Shown here piece after piece: positions 19,472 to 27,632 of a stretch of 64,000 bases of DNA; position 1 is the stretch's first letter, and each line of letters starts with the position of its first letter. The DNA is from a virus. Lineage: Duplodnaviria; Heunggongvirae; Uroviricota; Caudoviricetes. The stretch covers positions 25,019 through 89,018 of IMG/VR virus record IMGVR_UViG_3300012347_000364; one strand, 5' to 3'. The translations under genes and the position numbers were made by a program. Below the pieces are notes generated by a model, which saw only the letters and a list, made by a program, of their open reading frames with translations, searched no databases and was not told the origin of the DNA.

Positions 19472-19487
19472 CATAATGTAGTTTGTT

Positions 19488-20270
19488 ATGGATCCAATCA
19501 CCTTATTCATGCTTGCAAACTCTGCCGTCGCGGCAGTGAAGCAGGGGTGTAAGCTTTATAAGGATATCAAGGGTGCTGCAGGTGAAGTTAAAGACGTTCT
19601 CAAAGATCTCGATGAGCAATTTCATAAACTTCACCCGCCCGAGAAGCCTGCAACGACGGAGCAACGTAATCAATTCATTGAAGAGAAGAATAGAGTACGC
19701 GACTTAAACAAGAAGGCTAATGCGGGACACCATGACGATGTGTACCGTCAAATTGGTGAGCAGCTTGGTGCATACTACGACAACTTCTATAAGTGTATGG
19801 CCATATTCGAAGAAGAAGAACGTAGAGCTAAGACCGAAGTATATCATGGCGACGACAGTTTGGGTAAGCGTGCTTTACAACGTGTTCTGATGCGCAAACA
19901 GTTGGAGCAAATGAGCACAGAATTGCGCGAGTTGATGGTGTACCAATCGCCCCCTGAGTTGGGCGCACTACATACCGAAGTCGAAGCGATGATGAAGGTT
20001 ATGGGTAGAGAGCAAAAGGTACTAATCGCACGTCAGATGGATGATGATCGTAGAGCAGCTCGTCGACGTCGTCAGCGTTTGGAGCAGCTATACGCTAATA
20101 TTGCTATTGGTGTTGGAGGGCTGCTCATAGCAGCTGGCATTGGAATGTGTTTTACGTTTGTTGTCCAGGACCGCATAGAAAAGTACCCACAATACGGCAA
20201 TGGATGGATTCCGAAAACGGAGCTCCAAAGACGTAAGGAAGCAGAACCACATATATACGTTGGAAGATAA
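19488..20270 (+). CDS. coiled-coil protein with C-terminal TM anchor (260 aa)
   Basis: C-terminal IAIGVGGLLIAAGIGMCFTFVV; Arg-rich stretch RRAARRRRQR. Confidence 0.45.
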   Translation: MDPITLFMLANSAVAAVKQGCKLYKDIKGAAGEVKDVLKDLDEQFHKLHPPEKPATTEQRNQFIEEKNRVRDLNKKANAGHHDDVYRQIGEQLGAYYDNFYKCMAIFEEEERRAKTEVYHGDDSLGKRALQRVLMRKQLEQMSTELRELMVYQSPPELGALHTEVEAMMKVMGREQKVLIARQMDDDRRAARRRRQRLEQLYANIAIGVGGLLIAAGIGMCFTFVVQDRIEKYPQYGNGWIPKTELQRRKEAEPHIYVGR

Positions 20271-20272
20271 AC

Positions 20273-20449
20273 ATGAACGAACGTCAACTATTTGAAATGT
20301 ATCAATCTTGGCAGCAAGGTCAGGAAGACTACATTCGTGATTGGTACGATTTTGTAGAATGGGCAGCGGAGTGGAATAATACCACCGGTGACCAAGTAAT
20401 GAAAATATTACAAACCACACATTGGTTTAAAAAGCCTGAGGAGCAATAA
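20273..20449 (+). CDS. hypothetical small protein (58 aa; not in the ORF track)
   Basis: ATG 3 nt after the upstream stop and TAATG-coupled to the next gene; Trp-rich. Confidence 0.3.
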   Translation: MNERQLFEMYQSWQQGQEDYIRDWYDFVEWAAEWNNTTGDQVMKILQTTHWFKKPEEQ

Positions 20450-20994
20450 TGGCAGAAGTAGAAGTAAAACCGCTATCACGTAGTGAACGTGAGGCACTTA
20501 TCAAAGACAAAGCAGGTCTCGTGATTGTTATCATGGCATTGTTCATGGCAATTACAACATACTTCGCTAACTCATACTCAGGTGCAGGCTTGAAAAATAT
20601 GTTGAAAGCGACTGACACATACGCTTTCTTCCAATCGAAGTCGATTAAGCAGACTATCGCCGAGGGGCAGCGTGATGATTACTTAGCTCGTGGCGATAAA
20701 GTTAAAGCTCAGGCATTGCAAGCAAAGATTGATCGGTATGAGTCTGATCCAGAGAAGGGTGAGGGCAAGAAAGAGTTGCTAGCTAAGGCACAAGCGTACG
20801 AAGCTGCACGAGATGAGGCGGCTAAGCATGGTCCATGGTTGACCTTTGCTAGTATGGCATTCCAGTTAGCAATCGTGTTGCTATCAGCGAGTATCTTATC
20901 CGTCAATAATAAAATGTATAAATTCAGCGAGGTTGTTGCTGTAGTCGGTATCGTTCTATTGACGCAGGGAATCTGGCTCTGGCTACCGCTTTAA
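20449..20994 (+). CDS. membrane protein with 2 TM (181 aa)
   Basis: TM1 LVIVIMALFMAITTYF, TM2 AFQLAIVLLSASILSV, C-terminal hydrophobic stretch. Confidence 0.45.
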   Translation: MAEVEVKPLSRSEREALIKDKAGLVIVIMALFMAITTYFANSYSGAGLKNMLKATDTYAFFQSKSIKQTIAEGQRDDYLARGDKVKAQALQAKIDRYESDPEKGEGKKELLAKAQAYEAARDEAAKHGPWLTFASMAFQLAIVLLSASILSVNNKMYKFSEVVAVVGIVLLTQGIWLWLPL

Positions 20995-21053
20995 ATTATA
21001 ACTATTACCGTCTGACTTAGCATCATAGTAGTTGCTAGCAGACGGCCTAAATA

Positions 21054-21101
21054 ACTGCTCACTCCATTGATCTTCGGGTCGTGGTTGAGCAGTTTTCTTT
21101 T
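21054..21101 (+). terminator. rho-independent terminator (long hairpin with CUUCGG tetraloop plus T-run)
   Basis: CTGCTCA...CTTCGG...TGAGCAG followed by TTTTCTTTTT. A second imperfect hairpin, CCGTCTG...CAGACGG, lies at 21007-21044. Confidence 0.5.
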
Positions 21102-21155
21102 TGAACCAACAAAATAACATATCGAATAATTTCTTCATTTTGAATATATAGTATT

Positions 21156-21557
21156 ATGAGCACACAATGGACATACAATGGGGAAGTGTTTGAAGAACCA
21201 GCTGAAGAGCACTACGGGTTCGTATACAACATTACAAACTTGCAAACTGGTAAACAGTACATCGGCAAGAAGCTTTTTTGGTTTAAGAAAATCAAGACCC
21301 TCAAAGGCAAGAAGAAACGATACTTAGCACCAAGCGATTGGAAGAAGTATTATGGGTCTTCCGTCGCCTTAAACAAAGACGTAGAAGAGTTGGGTGAAGA
21401 GAATTTCAAACGCGAGATCATCCACCTATGCACATCAAAAGGTCATGCTTCGTATTTGGAAGCAAAAGAACAATTCCAGAGAGACGTTTTGTTCAATCCC
21501 GACCTGTATTATAATGACTGGATTATTTGTAGAGTCCATAGGAAACACGTGAAATGA
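21156..21557 (+). CDS. GIY-YIG nuclease domain protein (133 aa; seg-like catalytic domain only)
   Basis: YGFVYNITNLQTGKQYIGKK ... KKYYGSS matches the GIY-YIG motifs (GIYxIxNxxNGKxYIGS). Confidence 0.5.
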   Translation: MSTQWTYNGEVFEEPAEEHYGFVYNITNLQTGKQYIGKKLFWFKKIKTLKGKKKRYLAPSDWKKYYGSSVALNKDVEELGEENFKREIIHLCTSKGHASYLEAKEQFQRDVLFNPDLYYNDWIICRVHRKHVK

Positions 21558-22246
21558 ACAAAGGAAAGTTCTACGACGCAGCTTGGATTGCTTCAGATGT
21601 AGAACATTCAAAGCGTTTGGTGTTCGACTACGAAGCTTTCGATTTTGAAAAGCGGTGGGAAAATGAAACACAATTCACAATCGATCTGATTGACGCCCAT
21701 ACATCGCTTGACCACACTAGTCGAGTACTAGATTATGGGTCAGGCGTCGGTAGGCTGGCAAAACCTGTTATAGAACGGTTTGGGTGTTGTGTTGACGCAT
21801 ACGAACCGAGCGCTGATCTAAGACTGCACGCAAAAACCTATGTTGGCGATGAACGATACCAACACGTCACAGAACCACAAACATACGACTTGATAATATG
21901 CGCATGGGTAGCGTTACTAATAGATGATGTCGATGGGTTGTATGATATGTTTGCTTCAGTGTTAAAACCAACTGGTATGCTATTAGTAATTGACTATGAA
22001 CATCAGCTACTGACAGATGATGGTATTAATTACAAGCGTGTTAAGAACGGGAAAGTGAAAAGTTCGCTAGAACGACAGTTTGATGTGTTGTATACTGGCA
22101 ATGTTCCAGATAAATACATTGACAAGCAGTGGGTTGCCAAAAACACATTTTCATGGAACCACACATTTTGGGCAGTGTCGAGTAGTAAACCGAAATATCA
22201 TTATGAGTACAACGAAAAAGAAAGCACCTGTAAGGCAGACAGCTAA
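21554..22246 (+). CDS. class I SAM-dependent methyltransferase
   Basis: Motif I VLDYGSGVGRL; acidic motif after a beta strand (..VDAYEP); 4-nt overlap with the GIY-YIG gene. Confidence 0.5.
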   Translation: MNKGKFYDAAWIASDVEHSKRLVFDYEAFDFEKRWENETQFTIDLIDAHTSLDHTSRVLDYGSGVGRLAKPVIERFGCCVDAYEPSADLRLHAKTYVGDERYQHVTEPQTYDLIICAWVALLIDDVDGLYDMFASVLKPTGMLLVIDYEHQLLTDDGINYKRVKNGKVKSSLERQFDVLYTGNVPDKYIDKQWVAKNTFSWNHTFWAVSSSKPKYHYEYNEKESTCKADS

Positions 22247-22280
22247 ACAAAAACCAATTTACACACTAACCAAAGAAGGT

Positions 22281-22427
22281 ATGGAGTGTACAATTTATGA
22301 GGAGGATACAAACTTCTCAGTGTTTAAAGAAGAGAACAGTCGTATATCGCGCACGTTCTTGCCAAACAAAAAAAGTGTTGATGCCCTCGTTGCCTCTTTG
22401 GTTAAAACAGGGTATACTAAGAGTTAA
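22281..22427 (+). CDS. hypothetical small protein (start uncertain; in-frame alternative ATG at 22203)
   Basis: AAAGAAGGT RBS 5 nt before ATG 22281. The track's ORF 22080-22427 overlaps the methyltransferase. Confidence 0.3.
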   Translation: MECTIYEEDTNFSVFKEENSRISRTFLPNKKSVDALVASLVKTGYTKS

Positions 22428-22429
22428 TT

Positions 22430-22505
22430 GCGGCTATGGTCTAATGGATAAGACAACGGTCTTCTACACCGTCCGATGGGAGTTCGAATCTCTCTAGCCG
22501 CGCCA
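22430..22505 (+). tRNA. tRNA-Arg (anticodon TCT)
   Basis: Hand-folded cloverleaf: acceptor GCGGCTA/TAGCCGC, D-stem GTCT/AGAC, anticodon stem ACGGT/ACCGT with loop CTTCTAC, T-arm GGGAG-TTCGAAT-CTCTC, encoded CCA. Confidence 0.85.
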
Positions 22506-22510
22506 AATAC

Positions 22511-22585
22511 GCGCTGATAGCTTAATGGTAAAGCAGTCGACTCATAATCGATCGAGTCTAGGTTCAATTCCTAGTCAGCGCACCA
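22511..22585 (+). tRNA. tRNA-Met (anticodon CAT; elongator type or lysidine-dependent Ile2)
   Basis: Acceptor GCGCTGA/TCAGCGC, D-stem GCTT/AAGC, anticodon stem GTCGA/TCGAT with loop CTCATAA, T-arm CTAGG-TTCAATT-CCTAG, encoded CCA; lacks the initiator 3-GC signature. Confidence 0.8.
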
Positions 22586-22591
22586 ATTATT

Positions 22592-22789
22592 ATGCTAAAA
22601 CAAAATCTATACAGAACCAAAACAGACGTAGTCCTTAAAAATAAGTTGACTAATGAGTCCGTTCGTGGTAATATTATTAACGAGCGTGAGATTGAGGGTA
22701 AGCAATATTGGGTAATGCAAACCCCAAGTCGTGGCACTGCTCAGTTAAGTTATAATAAAGATTCGTGGTTATTGACAAAAGGAAAATGA
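22592..22789 (+). CDS. hypothetical protein (65 aa)
   Basis: ATG 7 nt after the tRNA; tiled ORF. Confidence 0.4.
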   Translation: MLKQNLYRTKTDVVLKNKLTNESVRGNIINEREIEGKQYWVMQTPSRGTAQLSYNKDSWLLTKGK

Positions 22790-23055
22790 TGGAACATATG
22801 ATGGCATCCCTTGAGGGACGTGAGTGGTTGAAGTCTACGCTCCGCAACGGTACAGTTGAGGTTGTATTCACAAAGAAAGATGGCACCGAACGTACTATGA
22901 AGTGTACGTTGAAGGAAGGTGTTGCTATTCCACATGAGAAAACTACTGAGCGTACAAAAGAGGCTAATGATGCAAACTTGGCTGTATGGGATGTGGAAAA
23001 GAATGCGTGGCGTTCGTTCCGCCTAGATAGTATCAAGAGTGTTATTTTAGCGTGA
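22786..23055 (+). CDS. hypothetical protein (89 aa)
   Basis: AAGGAAA RBS; ATG 22786 coupled to the upstream TGA (ATGA). Confidence 0.4.
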   Translation: MMEHMMASLEGREWLKSTLRNGTVEVVFTKKDGTERTMKCTLKEGVAIPHEKTTERTKEANDANLAVWDVEKNAWRSFRLDSIKSVILA

Positions 23056-23062
23056 GAATATA

Positions 23063-24022
23063 ATGAGTATTGCAACTGATGAATTGAGTAAGAATGCGAT
23101 GGGCGGTACAGAGATGATGAAGTACGGCCTAGCCGACCGCATCGCTCCTGAACTACTTGAGCCATTCCATATTACAGCAAGCCGATATCGTGGCCCAGAA
23201 GCTGGTAAGATTGAGCTGTATTGGCTCCACGATCTTCCTGGCGATCCAGAATCAGCCCACTTAGCCAACGGTGGATGGAACAACTTTGAGAAGTTGATTT
23301 TCGTCTCCAACTGGCAATTGCAAGCATACCAACAGCACTATGGATTGCCTTGGTATAAATGTATGGTTTTGCAAAATGCCATTGAACCAATCCCCGTAAA
23401 AGAAAAGTCGAAAGACAAGATCAAGATCATCTACAACACCACACCTCATCGTGGTTTGGAGATCTTGGTACCAGTCTTTGAAAAACTGGCCGAAAACTAC
23501 GACAACGTTGAGTTAGACGTGTTCTCATCGTTCGCTGCCTATGGGTGGGAAGAACGTGATGCACCATACCAAGAGTTGTTTGATCGGTGCAGAGCACATC
23601 CAAAGATCAACTACCACGGCTACCAACCAAACGCAGTTGTACGTGAAGCGTTGGCAGAAGCACATATCCAAGCATACCCATCTATCTGGCTGGAAACGTC
23701 ATGTATTGCATTGATGGAAGCAATGAGTGCTGGTTGTTTGTGTATCCATCCTAACTATGGTGCATTGCATGAGACGGCCGCTAATTGGACCTGGATGTAT
23801 CAATGGACACAAAACAAACGCGATCATGCCAATGTGCTATACGCGCACCTAGCTAGTGCGGTCGACAACTACTGGACCGAAGGTGTGCAAACACGTCTTG
23901 GTGGCCAGAAATCATATGCAGATGTGTTCTATGGCTGGCCATATCGCACTCAACAATGGAATACATACTTGTCCAATACGTTATACGAAAAGAACTTACA
24001 CCCAAGTCAGAAAGCGACTTGA
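23063..24022 (+). CDS. putative GT-B glycosyltransferase (GT1/GT4-like)
   Basis: C-terminal E-x7-E signature ETSCIALMEAMSAGCLCIHP..HETA typical of retaining GT-B glycosyltransferases. Confidence 0.4.
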   Translation: MSIATDELSKNAMGGTEMMKYGLADRIAPELLEPFHITASRYRGPEAGKIELYWLHDLPGDPESAHLANGGWNNFEKLIFVSNWQLQAYQQHYGLPWYKCMVLQNAIEPIPVKEKSKDKIKIIYNTTPHRGLEILVPVFEKLAENYDNVELDVFSSFAAYGWEERDAPYQELFDRCRAHPKINYHGYQPNAVVREALAEAHIQAYPSIWLETSCIALMEAMSAGCLCIHPNYGALHETAANWTWMYQWTQNKRDHANVLYAHLASAVDNYWTEGVQTRLGGQKSYADVFYGWPYRTQQWNTYLSNTLYEKNLHPSQKAT

Positions 24023-24047
24023 CATTAAGTCATTTTTGTGATACAAT
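24019..24047 (+). promoter_or_regulatory. sigma70-type promoter TTGACA-17-TACAAT
   Basis: -35 overlaps the upstream stop codon; -10 TACAAT 24042-24047, 6 nt before the rnh ATG region. Confidence 0.5.
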
Positions 24048-24053
24048 CGCCAT

Positions 24054-24911
24054 ATGATTATTGTTGATATAAACCAAGTTATGATTGCCAACATGATGGC
24101 ACAGCTTGGTAACCACACAAACACTGCGATCGAGGAAGATCTTGTTAGGCACATGGTGCTTAACTCGCTTCGTTCCTATCGTAGGAACTATGGCGAATAT
24201 GGAGAACTTGTAATTGCTTGTGATGATAAGCGTTACTGGCGCAAGCAAGTTTTCCCATATTATAAGGCAAACCGTAAAAAGGCACGTGAAGATTCAGAAA
24301 TGGATTGGAACCAGATCTTTAATTGTCTAAATAAAGTCAGGGATGAGCTGAAGGCGTATTCGCCATACAGAGTAGTCCAGGTGGATGGTGCCGAAGCAGA
24401 TGACGTTATTGCGACATTGTGCATTGAGTATGGCACCATTCTTGCATCGGGCGAGAAGATTTTGATTTTCTCGGGCGATAAAGATTTTGTACAATTACAG
24501 ATTTATGGAAACGTCGAGCAGTACAATCCTGTACTCAAAAAGTATATCAAACATGGTGACCCTCACCGATACCTTCGCGAGCATATCCTCAAAGGCGATC
24601 GAGGCGATGGCATTCCTAACATCATGTCTCCCGACACGTGTCTCGCTGTCGGCGAACGACAGAAAAACCTCCCAGCAAAACGAATCGAGCATCTGTGCGA
24701 GATTGCTGACCTGTCGACTGTACTCCCTCCAGACCAATTAAAGAACTTTAAGCGCAACGAGCAGCTGATTGACCTTCACATGATTCCAGACGATATTAAG
24801 ACATCTGTCTTAGAAAAATACCATAGCGAGGCCAATAAGCCTAACCGGTTGGCGGAGTATTTTGCTCAACACAACCTCAGAACATTATCAGATCAAATTA
24901 GCGAGTTTTAA
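24054..24911 (+). CDS. rnh: RNase H / 5'-3' flap endonuclease (T4 rnh-like)
   Basis: LNSLRSYRRN..ACDDKRYWRKQVFPYYKANRKKAREDSEMDW..LKAYSPYRVVQVDGAEADDVIA parallels T4 RNase H (..CIDNAKSGYWRRDFAYYYKKNRGKAREESTWDW..LKAYMPYIVMDIDKYEADDHIA). Confidence 0.8.
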   Translation: MIIVDINQVMIANMMAQLGNHTNTAIEEDLVRHMVLNSLRSYRRNYGEYGELVIACDDKRYWRKQVFPYYKANRKKAREDSEMDWNQIFNCLNKVRDELKAYSPYRVVQVDGAEADDVIATLCIEYGTILASGEKILIFSGDKDFVQLQIYGNVEQYNPVLKKYIKHGDPHRYLREHILKGDRGDGIPNIMSPDTCLAVGERQKNLPAKRIEHLCEIADLSTVLPPDQLKNFKRNEQLIDLHMIPDDIKTSVLEKYHSEANKPNRLAEYFAQHNLRTLSDQISEF

Positions 24912-24912
24912 T

Positions 24913-25371
24913 ATGAGATTAGGATTATTCCAAATAATTGAATTGGCGTCTACGCAAAAGACGACCGAGGAAAAGATTCAAGTGCTGCACAAGCACAATA
25001 GTGCAGCCCTACAAGCTATCTTAAAATACGCTTTTGATCCAAACATTGTATGGGACTTGCCTGCAGGCGCTCCACCATATAAGCCATGTCCATATCCAGC
25101 TCAAGAGATGAGATTAGTTTCAGAAGTCAGACGTCTGTACCTCTTCATCAAGGGCGGCAATCCGAATTTAACCAAGCTAAAGCGTGAAGCGCTGTATATT
25201 GAATTGTTAGAATCAGTGCATCCGGAAGATGCTGTCCTTCTCAACGCGATGAAGGAAAAGAAAGTTCCCTACAAAGGAATCAACGTAAAGCTGATTAAAG
25301 AAGCATTTCCCGGTCTTATTTCGGAGCCTGTAACAAATGAAGCACCAACTCCTTCATCCAAAACAAAGTAA
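24913..25371 (+). CDS. hypothetical protein (152 aa)
   Basis: ATG 1 nt after the rnh stop (TAATATG). Confidence 0.4.
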   Translation: MRLGLFQIIELASTQKTTEEKIQVLHKHNSAALQAILKYAFDPNIVWDLPAGAPPYKPCPYPAQEMRLVSEVRRLYLFIKGGNPNLTKLKREALYIELLESVHPEDAVLLNAMKEKKVPYKGINVKLIKEAFPGLISEPVTNEAPTPSSKTK

Positions 25372-25525
25372 ACAAACACACACAGCCTTTCTCGAGTATG
25401 AAGAGAACGGACGTCATCTTTCAAAGAAGGTGCGCACACACAAGCAACAAAAGGCCAATAATGCGCTCGACAAAGCGCTGAGGACTAAAAACCTGAAAGA
25501 CATCCTCGAAATGGATGACTACTAA
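25337..25525 (+). CDS. hypothetical basic small protein (62 aa)
   Basis: ATG ORF overlapping the upstream gene by 35 nt; uncertain. Confidence 0.25.
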   Translation: MKHQLLHPKQSKQTHTAFLEYEENGRHLSKKVRTHKQQKANNALDKALRTKNLKDILEMDDY

Positions 25526-25543
25526 AATAACAAGGAGACTTAA

Positions 25544-25822
25544 ATGTTGTCAAAACTAGCTCAGTTGTTTGGATTTGGTACCAAACAAACTACCCAAGGT
25601 GCGCAAACGCCTGCAATTGAAGTAGCACCAGTGCTCGCTGCGATTGTAGAAAAGGCACCTGCAAAGAAACGTACTTTCGTTAAACGCGAAGAAACTGCTA
25701 CAGCAAAGAAACCTGCTGCTAAAAAGCCTGCTGTTAAAGCTGCCGCAAAGCCAGTCGTTAAGAAAGCCGCTCCAGCTGCTAAGAAGACCACGGCTACTCA
25801 ACGTAAAACGTCGAAGAAGTAA
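25544..25822 (+). CDS. histone H1-like / AlgP-like Ala-Lys-Pro repeat basic protein, putative DNA-binding
   Basis: AKKPAAKKPAVKAAAKPVVKKAAPAAKKTTATQRKTSKK tail resembles H1/Hc1/AlgP KPAAKK repeats; GGAGACTTAAATG RBS. Confidence 0.45.
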   Translation: MLSKLAQLFGFGTKQTTQGAQTPAIEVAPVLAAIVEKAPAKKRTFVKREETATAKKPAAKKPAVKAAAKPVVKKAAPAAKKTTATQRKTSKK

Positions 25823-25823
25823 G

Positions 25824-26135
25824 ATGCCAATCTATTCCTTCATTGACAAGGAGACCGAAGAGGTCTTCGATATTATAATGAGTATTAAAGACTTGGACGA
25901 ATACAAGGCACTCAACCCTACACACGAAAGATATTTCGATAGTAGCAGTGCGCCTAGTATTGTGTCTGGCGTCTCTATTACAGGAAAGATTGATGATGGC
26001 TTCAAAGACGTTATCACAAAGATCTCTGAAGCACATCCCGACTCTCCGTTGGCTGAGAACAATGTAAGGAAATCGATTAAGCAAGTTCAAACCGAACGAG
26101 CTGTACGTAAGTGGAAAGGCTCGAGCGGACAATAA
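25824..26135 (+). CDS. hypothetical protein (103 aa)
   Basis: ATG 1 nt after the upstream stop. Confidence 0.4.
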   Translation: MPIYSFIDKETEEVFDIIMSIKDLDEYKALNPTHERYFDSSSAPSIVSGVSITGKIDDGFKDVITKISEAHPDSPLAENNVRKSIKQVQTERAVRKWKGSSGQ

Positions 26136-26155
26136 ATCTAACCTGTAGGATACAA

Positions 26156-26917
26156 ATGGCCAAACGCTCAAATAACGCACTTCATATTGTTGGTGCAGAC
26201 ACAACACAGACAGAGCAAGCATCAAGACAACATCAGCCGTTGAAAATTAAATTGGATCACATGAAAACGTTTGATCCATTGACTAATAATCAAAAGAAAT
26301 TTTATGATGCATATAAACGTGGAGACTACTTCGTAGCACTTCACGGTGTGGCAGGTACAGGTAAGAGCTTCATTGCAGTGTATAAAGCACTCGAAGAAGT
26401 TTTAGATAAAGGCAACCCTTTCAGTAAGGTAATTATTGTTAGGTCTGCTGTGCAAGGTAGAGAGATCGGGCATCTGCCTGGTGATATTGAAGGTAAGTTA
26501 GACATTTACCAGCAGCCTTACAGACAAATCTGTGAGACAATGTTTGGTAGAAAAGATGCTTACCAACGCCTCGAAGAACAAGGCTACATTGAGTTTATCT
26601 CGACGTCCTTTATTCGTGGTATGACGTTTGATGATGCAATCATTATTGTTGATGAAATGCAAAATATGACGTATGAAGAAATCGATACTGTTATGACGCG
26701 AGTCGGCCACAGATCGAAAATTATTTGGTGTGGTGATTATAGACAGTGTGACTTGAAGAAGCGCGACGACAAATCAGGAATCTTAAAGTTCTTTGATATC
26801 GCCGGACTGATGAAAGCTTTCACTCGTATTGAATTCACCACAGATGATATTGTTAGAAGTTCACTGGTGAAAGATTACATCCTTGCAAAGATTCAGCACG
26901 AAGACCAAGCAAAATAG
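26156..26917 (+). CDS. phoH: PhoH-like P-loop ATPase
   Basis: Walker A HGVAGTGKSF, Walker B IIIVDEMQNMT; start at ATG 26156 (AGGATACAAATG). The track's GTG start at 26111 overlaps the upstream gene. Confidence 0.75.
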   Translation: MAKRSNNALHIVGADTTQTEQASRQHQPLKIKLDHMKTFDPLTNNQKKFYDAYKRGDYFVALHGVAGTGKSFIAVYKALEEVLDKGNPFSKVIIVRSAVQGREIGHLPGDIEGKLDIYQQPYRQICETMFGRKDAYQRLEEQGYIEFISTSFIRGMTFDDAIIIVDEMQNMTYEEIDTVMTRVGHRSKIIWCGDYRQCDLKKRDDKSGILKFFDIAGLMKAFTRIEFTTDDIVRSSLVKDYILAKIQHEDQAK

Positions 26918-27632
26918 AAAGCTGTTCGAGATTTACAACCTACCCAACGTAGATCTCGACTCAACTTATATCGACGGTAAGAGATACTACTGTACCCCAG
27001 ATGGTATTCTCTATCCGTCGGTTACTACTGTCCTTTCAGCAATGAAAGACAAAACCCACTTAGAGAAGTGGAAGAAACGAGTCGGTGAACAAGAAGCCGC
27101 TCGTATATCTCGCCGTGCATCGACCCGCGGCACAGAGATGCATCAGATCTGTGAAGATTATCTACGCAACGCGGACAACTACATTGGCAGTGCAATGCCA
27201 TTGAGTGTTGAGCTGTTCCACAACATCAAACCATTAATCGATGAGAATGTTGAAGCTGTGTATGGTAATGAAATGGCTTTGTTCTCACACCGACTGAAGA
27301 CTGCTGGTCGTACTGACTTGTTCTGTCGCTTTCAAGGTTTGAATACGATTGCCGACTTTAAGACATCGATCAAAAACAAACGCGAAGATTGGATTGAAGA
27401 CTACTTCATTCAGTCTACTGTGTATGCAATTATGATTGAAGAGATGTACAAAGACATCAAACCAATCAAAATCCCTCAGATCGCAATCTTGATTGCTATT
27501 GAGGAAGGCGAGGACAAATATCAGTTATTTGTCAAAAAGACTGCAGACTATCGTGAAAAGGCATTCGACCTTTTCGATCGATACCATGAAACCCACGAGC
27601 TTCCCAGTCCTGGAACTGCACTTATCGCATAA
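26883..27632 (+). CDS. putative PD-(D/E)XK nuclease (RecB/Cas4-like exonuclease fold)
   Basis: GRTDLF ... IADFKTS (D...D-x-K) plus Q/Y motifs; the track start is a TTG overlapping phoH by 35 nt, so the true start is uncertain. Confidence 0.4.
   Translation: MQRFSTKTKQNRKLFEIYNLPNVDLDSTYIDGKRYYCTPDGILYPSVTTVLSAMKDKTHLEKWKKRVGEQEAARISRRASTRGTEMHQICEDYLRNADNYIGSAMPLSVELFHNIKPLIDENVEAVYGNEMALFSHRLKTAGRTDLFCRFQGLNTIADFKTSIKNKREDWIEDYFIQSTVYAIMIEEMYKDIKPIKIPQIAILIAIEEGEDKYQLFVKKTADYREKAFDLFDRYHETHELPSPGTALIA

Noticed and set aside
21001-21138. 45-codon minus-strand ORF in the intergenic region after the terminator
   Set aside because: It overlaps the terminator hairpins, has no RBS and an odd composition, so it is more likely non-coding.
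22430-22585. Searched flanks for further tRNAs, a tmRNA or an integrase (attP-like arrangement)
   Set aside because: Only two cloverleafs fold convincingly. No integrase or recombinase motif occurs anywhere in the window, consistent with a lytic T4-like phage rather than a prophage junction.
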